Positions 25,539-36,306 of a stretch of DNA of 64,000 nt are shown piece by piece. Both the position numbers and the translations under genes were made by a program. The DNA lies in the NCBI GenBank assembly GCA_039621445.1, contig CP154954.1:372001-436000 (forward strand), given 5' to 3'. This DNA comes from Euglena gracilis. Taxonomy: Eukaryota. Below the pieces are notes generated by a model. That model was not told where the DNA came from. It made no database searches and saw nothing but the letters and a program-made list of their open reading frames with translations. Numbering within the stretch: the first letter of the stretch is position 1; every line of letters starts with the position of its first letter.

Positions 25539-26177
25539 TTATAGAAATTCTTTAATCATATCATCAAAAAAAATTCTCCCTATAGTGGTGCGAATATTAT
25601 TGTTTTTAAAATAAACCATATTTTTGAAATAAAAGAAAATTTTCAAAATCTACAACTCTAAAATCAATTATAAAATTTATTAAAAAAAAAAAATACTAAA
25701 ATTTTAACTTAAAAAGTAATGTAAAAAATTTATTTAATAAACTACAAAAAAGTAAAAATTTTCCAATATTTTAATTACAATATTTCAAACAAAAAAAACT
25801 AACTTTTTTACCATCCTTTTTTTTTTAATTCTTATTTTACTATTCTTTAAAATATTAGGAAATTTTTGACAAATTAACCAAACAAATGTTTGAATCAATA
25901 TTTCACCTTTATGATAAGCACTTTTAACCTTCTCAATATTAGCATAAATTTTTATTAATTAATTTGAGATTATAATTCCTCAAAAAAATAAAATAATATT
26001 ATTTAAATAATAAAATAAATATAATTAAATAGTATTTTATAGAAAAAACCTAACCAAGTTAGTTAAAATAAAATCAAGATTACAATTCTCTAACGTAACG
26101 TAATAACATCCTAAAACCATGTCTTGACTAGGCAAAATACTCGGTAAACCATTAGCATGTAAAACGCAATTATTAAT
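25539..26177 (-). CDS. rpoC1: RNA polymerase beta' subunit, 3' exons only (partial, several small introns)
   Basis: Minus strand at ~26060-26177 reads INNCVLHANGLPSILPSQDMVLGCYYVT (conserved PSQDM motif); last exon mirrors 183..293. Confidence 0.88.
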
Positions 26178-26333
26178 CTAAAATTACGTAGATTATTATT
26201 AAAATTTTTTCTTTTATATTCTGATATACAATTTGATTTTGTACTTATTTTACTTTTTTTAAATTTATTAATTAAAAGCCAAATGCATTACATTTTGCTT
26301 GTTTGGATTTTTTAAGGCATATTGTACTTGTTT

Positions 26334-26849
26334 TACAATCATTAGAGCCTGGTTGGATAACTTCACGTCAAATTGAAGCTGCTTTGTGGTTTTTTGTGAT
26401 TTCTAATAAATTTATATAGATTTTTTGCTTTCAAAGTTATTTAATAAATTTTTATTGTTTATAAACTTTTTTGGTTTTCGATAAAAAAGGTTTTTTAACT
26501 TATTTACTTATAAGATGATTTTTCTTAATTGTTTTATTTTAAATAAATTTTTACTGTTTTCTTTTCTAAAAAAAAATTTTTTTATTTAATTCGTAGAGTT
26601 ATTACAAGATATGCAAAACGTGGGGGCAAACTTTGGATAAGAATTTTTCCCGATAAGCCTGTAACATTTCGAGCAGCCGAAACTCGCATGGGTTCAGGGA
26701 AAGGAAATGTAGAATATTGGGTTGCAATTGTAAAACCTGGAAAAATTCTTTACGAAGTATTGGGTATTTCAGAATCCATTGCAAAGTATTCTTTAAAAAT
26801 AGCAGGATATAAAATGCCTATTAAAACTCGTGTTATTGTTAAAATTTAA
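26334..26849 (+). CDS. rpl16: Ribosomal protein L16, last two exons only (26334-26383, 26592-26849)
   Basis: [17 protein letters not shown] / [25 protein letters not shown]...RMGSGKG. Confidence 0.93.
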
Positions 26850-26944
26850 AACTGTTTAATGCTAATTGTTTTTGTTAATAATATTTTTGGTAAAATTCTT
26901 ATTTTGGTAGTTCTTCGTTCTTTATAATTTATTTTTTAGTTTAG

Positions 26945-27418
26945 ATGATTAAACCACAAACATATTTGAAAATTGCGGATAATACTGGAGCACAAAAAAT
27001 TATGTGTATTCGTATATTAGGACCAAATTGTCAGTATGCGAATATTGGTGATATAATAATAGCGGTTGTAAAATTGTGTATTAGAGTTAATAATTTATAT
27101 ATCTTTTTATGTTTTTATTATTTTATTATTCTTTTATATTGATATTGTTTATAAATTTATAAAGATTTTATCTATTTTAAAGAAGCTATTCCTAACATGG
27201 TTGTTAAAAAATCAGATATTGTTAAAGCTGTTATTGTTAGAACTGTTAAAGGAGTACGTAGAGAAAGTGGAATGGCAATTCGTTTTGACGAAAATGCTGC
27301 TGTCATAATTAATAATGATCGTTCACCTAAAGGTACAAGAATTTTCGGCCCCATTGCTCGCGAATTGCGAGAAAAGGAATTCGTAAAAATAATGTCCTTA
27401 GCGCCAGAGGTTGTGTGA
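26945..27418 (+). CDS. rpl14: Ribosomal protein L14; group III intron 27074-27181
   Basis: [16 protein letters not shown] / [21 protein letters not shown]...[15 protein letters not shown]. Confidence 0.94.
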
Positions 27419-27601
27419 TACAATAAAGACTTCTCATAATAAGTTGTTTTTCATTTTTAGCGTATATCTATATTTTCTTAATTTTTTGTATGTGTGTTTT
27501 TTTATTATAAATTTTACTTTTATCATTCCTATTTATAGTTCCAAAATATTTTTATTAAAATTTAGTGTAGTAGTAATATTTAAAAAGGATTTTATAAAAA
27601 A

Positions 27602-28141
27602 ATGCAAAGATTAAAATCGTTTTATTTAGAAACTATCATTCCCAAACTTAAAGAAGAATTTGGTTATGTTAATTCTTATAGGGTTCCTAAATTAAAAAAG
27701 ATTGTTATAAATCGAGGATTTGATGAATCTTGTCAAAATTCAAAAATTTTGGAAGTTTTATTAAATGAATTAGAAATTATTTCTGGTCAAAAGCCTATTA
27801 TAAGTAAGGCGAAAAAAGCTATTGCTAACTTTAAACTTAAAGAAAAGATGCCTGTTGGTATGTTTTTGACTTTGCGTAGTGAAAAGATGTACAGTTTTTT
27901 AGACCGGTTAATTAATCTATCTTTACCTAGAATTAGAGATTTTCAAGGAATAAACAAGAATTGTTTTGATGGATCAGGTAACTTTAGTTTTGGGTTAAGT
28001 GAACAATCAATGTTCCCTGAAATTAACTTTGATAAAATGATTAAAGTACAAGGTTTGAATATAACAATCGTTACAACTGCTGAAACGAATCAAGAAGCTT
28101 TCTTTCTTTTAAAAGAATTAGGTATCCCGTTCCGAGATTAA
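27602..28141 (+). CDS. rpl5: Ribosomal protein L5
   Basis: VPKLKKIVINRG, LPRIRDFQG, FDGSGNFSFG. Confidence 0.97.
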   Translation: MQRLKSFYLETIIPKLKEEFGYVNSYRVPKLKKIVINRGFDESCQNSKILEVLLNELEIISGQKPIISKAKKAIANFKLKEKMPVGMFLTLRSEKMYSFLDRLINLSLPRIRDFQGINKNCFDGSGNFSFGLSEQSMFPEINFDKMIKVQGLNITIVTTAETNQEAFFLLKELGIPFRD

Positions 28142-28225
28142 TTTTTATACTTTTTTTTACGTGTTAAGATGTACAAAATCTATTTTTTATTAATAGTAAT
28201 TTTATTGTTTTATTTTTAGAATTTT

Positions 28226-29347
28226 ATGACAAATATTGATTTGCGAGTTTAAGTGTAATAATATATTATTAATAATTTTTTATATTTATTATCTATATAT
28301 ATGTTGAAATTCGGTAAATAAGAGCATTATTAAATATTTTGATAGTAGTATTTTTCTTTAACAAACCGTTTATTATTGTTTTGTAAAATTTATTCATTAG
28401 TTGGGAGATCACTTATTTTTATTACTATATTAATATTACATAATTAAATTAGTTAAATATTAGTAAATCTTGAAATATTTAAATTTTATTTTTCAAAACT
28501 TTATGATTAATGGTTTCCTGTAGAGTTTGTTAATAAATTGTTTTAAAAATTTATAATTTAATTTAATGTAATTAGGTGTGATTTTTTTTTTTTTTTTATA
28601 ATTAATTTTTGATTTTTATTAATATATATACATATTTTTATTCTTTTGTTAGGTTTTATTTAGCCTTATACGATATGCTTACAAGAATAAGAAACTCTCT
28701 TTTAATAAAAGCTAGAAAAGTTAATGTTATTAATACAAAACTTACGGTAAATATAGCCGAAATTTTAAAAAAAGAAGGATTTATTGACTCTTTTGAATTG
28801 GCTGACGCTACGTGTTTAACTGAAAACGGTGTTATAAAAAAATATATTACAATCTTTTTAAAATATAAAGGTCCAAAACAAGTTTCTTATATAACTAAAA
28901 TAAAACGTGTAAGCAAACCTGGTTTGCGTACTTATAGTAGTTATAAAAGACTACAATCAGTAGCAGGTGGCGTTGGTTTAACTGTTTGTGCGATATGTTT
29001 TTTGAGTTTCATAAGATAAAAATTATAAGCAATAATAAATTTTTTATAATGATTTCCTTTATTATAATTTAGCAAGAATTTCTATTTTTGTATTCTAATG
29101 CATGTTTTTGTGAAAAACATAAAATTTAATTCTTATTATTCGTGAATTATTTTGAAATATTTTTTAACGTAATTTTTTGTATTATTATTATTATTTTTAT
29201 TTGAGCCTTATGTTGATTATTAACTTGTATTGTTCTTAAAGAAATTTTAAAATTTAATTTTGCATGTCTACTTCTAAAGGATTAATGACTGATCGATTGG
29301 CTAGATCTAATAAAATTGGTGGGGAGATTCTGTTTTATATTTGGTAA
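28226..29347 (+). CDS. rps8: Ribosomal protein S8; exons 28226-28240, 28568-28575, 28671-28987, 29265-29347
   Basis: Splices to MTNIDVISDMLTRIRN...RVSKPGLRTY...LSTSKGLMTD...GGEILFYIW*. Confidence 0.93.
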
Positions 29348-29430
29348 ATAAACTAAAATTACCTCTTTTGTTTTATTATTTTTTATTAAAAAGTTGTTTG
29401 ATAATTTTTGTTTAATTAGACTTAATTTTT

Positions 29431-29544
29431 ATGAAAATACGTTCTTCTGTTAAAAAAATTTGTAATAAATGTTATTTGATTCGTCGCAAAAACAATCTTT
29501 TAGTTGTTTGTATAAATAACAAGCATAAACAACGACAGGGTTAA
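29431..29544 (+). CDS. rpl36: Ribosomal protein L36
   Basis: [37 protein letters not shown]. Confidence 0.96.
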   Translation: MKIRSSVKKICNKCYLIRRKNNLLVVCINNKHKQRQG

Positions 29545-29572
29545 ACTTGTTTTGCGTCTATAATTTGTAGGC

Positions 29573-29656
29573 GCATTTATGGCAGAGTGGACGATAGCAC
29601 GGGACTCATAATCTCGCTCCGGAAGGACGTCGCTGGTTCGAATCCAGCTGAATGCA
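29573..29656 (+). tRNA. trnI: tRNA with CAU anticodon and long variable arm, probably Ile(CAU)
   Basis: Cloverleaf, loop CTCATAA; Ile identity inferred from position between rpl36 and rps14. Confidence 0.8.
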
Positions 29657-29695
29657 TCTTATTCGAGCATTATTTAACCTAAAAATTTTTTATTT

Positions 29696-30104
29696 ATGTC
29701 AAAAAAAAGTCTTATAGCAAGACAGAGAAAACGAATAATATTAGTATTAATACATTCCCATAACCGTTATGTATACAGGACAAATGGAAAAGACGAAAAA
29801 TCTTTTGAGAAAAAATTGCGGATTTACTCTTTTTTGCAAAAATTACCTAGAAATAGTTTGCGTTGCCGATTAATTTGATTTTCTATTTGTCATTCAAATT
29901 TTATAGCTGTTAATAATTTGAAAAATTTATAAAATTTTTATATTTATTTTTTTGAGTATTTTTATTTGTTAACTCTTTCGAAATCGTTGTTACGTAACAG
30001 GGAGATCACGTGGATATTTTAGGACTTTTGGATTATCACGACATATTCTTCGAGATATGGCTCATTATGGTTTACTTCCAGGTGTAACCAAAGCGAGTTG
30101 GTAA
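29696..30104 (+). CDS. rps14: Ribosomal protein S14; group III intron 29873-29978
   Basis: MSKKSLIAR...[10 protein letters not shown] / [22 protein letters not shown]...PGVTKASW*. Confidence 0.94.
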
Positions 30105-30156
30105 ACTTAAATTTACTTATAATAATATAAGTATAAATTAATTTATAATAATAATA

Positions 30157-30229
30157 GCTGGGATAGCTCAGTTGGTAGAGCGGAGGACTGAAAATCCTTG
30201 TGTCACCAGTTCAAATCTGGTTCCTAGCA
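30157..30229 (+). tRNA. trnF: tRNA-Phe(GAA)
   Basis: Cloverleaf, loop CTGAAAA. Confidence 0.95.
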
Positions 30230-30230
30230 T

Positions 30231-30302
30231 GGCGGCATGGCCAAGCGGTAAGGCAGAAGATTGCAAATCTTTTATTCCCCAGTTCGATTCTGGGTGTCGT
30301 CT
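30231..30302 (+). tRNA. trnC: tRNA-Cys(GCA)
   Basis: Cloverleaf, loop TTGCAAA; 1 nt downstream of trnF. Confidence 0.95.
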
Positions 30303-30472
30303 TTAAGAGAATTGAAGAAACAATAAAACAAAAAATACATAGATGATTCCGGTATTTACTTCTTAAAATAATAAAGAAAATTTTTTTTTATGAAATATTT
30401 TTATATATCTTTTATAACTATTATTTTCTTTATATGTATGTTACGCTACTCGTTTTTTAAATTTAATTAAAT

Positions 30473-31896
30473 ATGATTACTGTAGAAAAAATGCTTAATT
30501 CTAGTGTTCATCTTGGTCATAAGGTTAAACAATGGAATCCAAGAATGAGAATTTATATTTATGGAGAACGCAAAGGTCTTCATATTATCGATTTGTTACA
30601 GACTATAGTTTGTTTAAAAAAAGCTTGCAATTTCCTTATACGTTCTGTACGTAAAGGTAAAAGTTGTGACTTTTTATGAAAACCAATCTGTTAGATTTTA
30701 GCATTTTTTAAAAAGCTTTATAAATTTTTTATGAATATTTATTAGAAAAATTTTTAATCTTAATGGCTCTTTTTGTTTGTACAAAACGCTTTTTTTCTAT
30801 TTTAACACAAAAAATCGCTTTAAAATGTAATTCTTTTTTTGTAACAAAACGTTGGTTGGGCGGTATATTGACAAATTGGATAACAATTAAAAATTGCATA
30901 AATAAATTAAAGCAATTTTTTGATAATAAAAATTATAAATTTTATTTATAACTAAATTACATTTAATTATAAAATTAAGAATAATTTTGGGATTATTTTA
31001 TTTTTGTTGCAATAAAATTTTATGCTAAAATCAAAACAAAAAGAAAAGCATCACAACTTATTAACAAAAAAAGAACGTTTAGTACTAAAAAAAAAAAATT
31101 AAATGTGACTCAATTTTTATTTTTTAACTAAATTTTAAAATTTTTATAAATATATTTATTTTCAAACTAGATAATTAATCGAAAGAATATTCTATTTAAT
31201 TAGCTTAAAAAATATTTTTCCGGTATGAGAGATATGACTGAACGTCCTGAAATTGTTATTATAATAGGACAAAACAAGGAGATAAATGCTGTACGTGAAT
31301 GTAAAAAGTTAGGTATTGCTAGTATAACTATAGTGCGTTATTCATGTTTTAAGTATCTCTTTTTTCCATAGTAGAATTTTTTTTATTAAAGAATAAAAAA
31401 TTTATAAAATGAAAATTCTTTAAAAATAATTATTAGAATTAATTATTAAATAATTACAATTAAATTTGAATGAATATAGTAACAAATTATTTCTCGATAT
31501 TTTATTTTGTTATTTAGTAATATAGTTTTTAATATAACAATAAACTACCTTTGAGGTTTATGAATAATTTTTAAAAATTAAATAATGAAAAAGTTTTGTT
31601 TTTTTGTAACAAGTTTTAATAACTTTAAATAAATAATTATTCAAAGCTGTATGAAACTTTAAATCGTTTTCTTGTTCAGTTTGATGAAGCGTATTAATTT
31701 TTAAATTAAATGCGTATTTTATTTAGATACCAATTGTGACCCCACACTTACTAAATATCCTATTCCTTCAAATGATGATTCTATTCTTTCTGTTTCTTTA
31801 ATTTTGAGTGTTCTTTGTAATTCCATAAATCGGGGCGTTAACAACAAAGTAAGACAAAAATTTGATAAGTATAAAAAATTCAAAAAACTTTCTTAA
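30473..31896 (+). CDS. rps2: Ribosomal protein S2; three group III-size introns and one group II intron (~31333-31722)
   Basis: [31 protein letters not shown]...IPSNDDS. Confidence 0.92.
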
Positions 31897-31938
31897 AGGT
31901 TTCAGTGACTTTCATAATAATTTTTTATTTTTCGAGAA

Positions 31939-33552
31939 ATGAAGATTGTTTTATTATATTATTTTTGTGATTTCAATCCCTTTCATATGAAGTTTGTTTT
32001 AATTATATTTTTTAATTTTTTGAATTTTTAAGACTTCTTCTTTTAGTTAAAACTTTTTTAAAAAATTTTTTCTGTAAACATGTTTATTTCGGGCATTTTT
32101 CTGTTGATTTTAAAAATTAAACATTCTTTTAACAATAAAAATTTTTTCGGATTTTTTATAAATATAAATATTTTGATTAAATACTTCCTAAGAAAATTTT
32201 AACTTTTAAAAATTGCTAATGTTTTGCGATTTAAATAATTTTCATTTAAAAGTTCAGATGTAGAAACTTTAATTCAAATTTATTGCTATTTATAAGAATA
32301 TTTAAAAATATTTTATTATTTTTAAGAAGTTGGGCAACACTTTTATTGGTCAATTTTAGGTTTTCAAATTCACGGGCAAGTATTAATTAATTCTTGGATT
32401 GTTATATTAATAATAGGTTTTTTAAGTATTTATACTACAAAAAATCTTACTTTAGTACCAGCAAACAAACAAATTTTTATAGAACTTGTCACAGAATTTA
32501 TAACAGACATTTCAAAAACTCAAATAGGTGAAAAAGAATATTCAAAATGGGTTCCTTATATTGGAACTATGTTTTTATTTATCTTTGTGTCAAATTGGTC
32601 AGGGGCACTAATTCCTTGGAAAATTATTGAACTTCCAAATGGAGAGTTGGGAGCACCTACAAATGATATGTGCGTTTTGAATTTATCATAAAAAGTTTAT
32701 TCAAAATGGTTTATAAAGCAATGGAATTAATAAAGTAATTTTATTTGTCTGAAACTCTAAAATTTGGTTAATTTATTAAATATTTGCAATAAAATATCCT
32801 TTTTTTTTTTAACATTTATAGTTGATAAAGATTTCTGATAAAACAAATATGTATTTATTAATTTTATTATTTATTTATAGATAAGACTCAACATTTATTA
32901 AAGTGTAGTTGTTAGATCTTTTTTTTATAATTGTAAGTTATATACGTTTTGTAATGTAGGTATAAATTTTAAGAGGATGTTTTCTATCTATTTAATACTA
33001 CGGCAGGACTTGCTATATTGACATCTTTAGCGTATTTTTATGCTGGACTTAACAAAAAGGTTTTGTCGTATATTTTATTAAAGAATTTTAAATTTACTAA
33101 GCTTACTTTAATTTATATAAATTTTATAGTTTTTTTATTAATTACTTAATAAAGAATTTAAATTCTATTAAACTTAACATATTTTAAAAAATATGTTCAA
33201 CCTACTCCAATTTTATTGCCCATTAATATTTTGGAGGATTTTACTAAACCTCTTTCCTTAAGTTTCAGACTTTTTGGTAATATTTTAGCAGATGAATTAG
33301 TAGTAGCGGTATTGGTTTCTTTGGTACCGCTAATTGTTCCTGTTCCTTTAATTTTTTTAGGTTTATTTACTAGTGGTATTCAAGCTTTAATTTTTGCAAC
33401 TTTGTCTGGATCAACGCGATTTCCCATTTATTAAAATTTGTATTTTTTATAATGACAATTATAGAACTAATTAATACTATTATTTTTTTTAGTTTATGAA
33501 GGATTATTTTTATCTAAATTATATCGGTGAAGCAATGGAAGGTCATCATTAA
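31939..33552 (+). CDS. atpI: ATP synthase CF0 subunit IV (a), multiple small introns; 5' exon boundaries uncertain
   Basis: [59 protein letters not shown]. Confidence 0.9.
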
Positions 33553-33666
33553 TAGTAAGTGATATTAAGTAACATTTTATTACCCAAGTATTAATTTTTA
33601 ATATTCAATCCTTTATTCTTTAATTTAATTAAATTAAAAGTTCAAAATTTAACTTTTAAGCAATAA

Positions 33667-33930
<264 letters not shown>

Positions 33931-34045
33931 TTTTAATATTAGATTTTTAATAAAAAAATTTTAAAATTTAATCGAGAGTATAATACTGTATAGTTTATAT
34001 TTTGAGGTTTCCTAAAATGAAAGCAACTATTGTGTAAAAAATATC

Positions 34046-36202
34046 GTGGTGTGTGAAACGTTAATGACAATAAATTACTTTTCTAAAATTTTTAGTTAAA
34101 TTTGGCTGTTTGGCTATTAATCTTATTTTAATAATTTTACATGAAAAAGATTACATTGCGAAAAAATTTTAATCTATTTTTACAAATATTATTCATTTTT
34201 CAATTAGAATAAATATATTTGCCGGAATAACGGTAGATTAAGTTTATACATGTTATTTCAAAGGTTAGATTTATTTAAATTATAATTTACAAATATATTA
34301 TAATAAATTGTAGTTAAAATATACTAAATTTTTATAATAAAAATTTTTTTTAATATCATGTTTTAAAAATTTTAAACACTTCTATTATAATTTGAACATA
34401 ATATTAAACCTAATGATTAAAAAACATTAAAATTAAGATACGTTGTTATATGAAATATAAAAATATTTATTAAAGTTGGAATTTCGTATTATTGTTTTTC
34501 TTATTAAACTTGAAAGATAATTCTAGAACTATTTTAAAAAATATTTTAATTTAATAGGTAAAGTGTTGTTTTTAAATTTTTAAAACGCTGTATGATCTGA
34601 AAAGTTCAAATACGGTGTATTTGGGGATATCGAGAATTTTCTCATTATATATCTATCTAAATAATTGATAATTTTAATATTTTCACTATCATTTCTAACG
34701 CTAAGACTTTCGGTATAAATACAAATGTTTTTGAAACGAATATTATAAATTTAGCGATAGTAGTTGGAACCCTGTTTTATTATGGAAAGTTAACTTTTTA
34801 GTCATTATTTTTAATTTTAATTTTACAAATTCAGTAAAATTAATATAAATTATATTTTAAAAAATAATTTTATATAAAAGCTTTTATGTAATTTTGTTGT
34901 GATAACAGTTATAATTATTATAAGTTAAATTTTTTATAAGTAAGAATCATTTATTTTTTAATACAACGGTAATGTTAAAAACATTAAAATATTTATCATT
35001 AATTTTAAACTTAAAAATTATAGAAATTCTTTAAAGATAGAAGATCAATTTCCGATAATTTTGAAATAGATATTAATGAATATTATATAGATTTAAGACG
35101 TATGCAAAAAATTTTGCTCATACCTTTTTGAAAGGAAAATTTTATTTTTATCTAATTTAAGTGATTTACTAAAAACGCGAAAAAAAACTATAATTAAAAA
35201 TATTTTAGATATTGATGAAAAGATCCGTTCTTCGCAAAGTTCTTTATATCTTGCTGAACTTGAATTTGAAAATGCAGCTAAAAAAGCTTCTTTAATTCGT
35301 TCTAATGGTACAACATTTTGTGTGATTCGTCTATTTAAAATTATATTTATTTTTATGGGAATAGAGGAAATTTCTAAAATTAGTATTTTACTAAATATTT
35401 TTAAAAGAATAATTTATCTCTTATCATGAAAATTATAGAAATATTATAAGCAAGAGAAAAATAAGATTATAAACTTTTCATTGTTAATTTTTTATTTCAC
35501 ATTTTATAAAATAGATAATCAAAATGTTTCTTCAATCACCGTTAAGTATAATTTTGCTTATCAAGTTAGGTTATATTATGTTATTGAGAAGAAATTAATA
35601 TAACTATAAGAAAATAATATAAAAATTTGTAATAAAACAACTTTATATTATGTTAACTATCTTAAAACTTTTGGTGAACAATCATATTTATTAGTAATAT
35701 ATTATCAGTAAAAATAACGAAGTAATAAAAATTATTATAAAAGGACGATTCTTATAGGTAAATTTTTTGCTAAAAAAGCTGGTTTATAAAAAATACTAAT
35801 TTACAAACGCAATTTCAATTTATAAAATTTGTTTCAAATTATTTTCAAACTTATAATAAAACAAATAAAATACAATTTTAATTGAATAGCCATATGATTG
35901 GAAATAAATCGTGTATGGTTTCGGATAAGAGTATTAAAAAACTACTTTATCGCCTTAAAAGTTTTGATATAATTCGTTCTTCCGTTAATGAAGATATTAA
36001 ACGTTTAAAGCAATCAAAGCGTTTAATATTAAGAACGGAAGATAAAAAATCTGTTAGAGAAATTTTTAAAAATTTATATTCACAAGCCTGTCAAAAAGCT
36101 AAAGCGACTATTATTAAACGTCTAAATTCAAAAATTCATAAAAAAATTATTCTGAAAAAAATGGAAAAAATGTCGCTTAAGAAATTAAAACCTAAATACT
36201 AA
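34046..36202 (+). CDS. atpF: ATP synthase CF0 subunit I (b); probable GTG start in a 5-nt exon, three group II introns
   Basis: FGINTNVFETNIINLAIVVG exon at ~34663-34797; lies between atpH and atpA; last exon is the end of ORF 35882..36202. Confidence 0.85.
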
Positions 36203-36306
36203 GAAAAAACTAAATACATATATGTATTGTTTATGTTGAAAATTTTGACTTATTAATTTTGTATTTATATGTTTAGCATTGTCTATATATGCCCCAGGCC
36301 CAAGCT

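Larger units (their letters stand above)
1..25831. repeat. Giant inverted repeat A: arm 1..~12663, noisy spacer ~12664..13168, arm ~13169..25831
   Basis: First bases GAATTAAAAAAAAAAGGATGG are reverse-complemented ending at 25831; ORF pairs mirror with coordinate sums 25832-25835. Confidence 0.98.

Noticed and set aside
36289-36306. N-terminal extension MPQAQA on atpA
   Set aside because: The second ATG (36307) matches the usual AtpA start (M..IRPxE); no evidence that the upstream ATG is used
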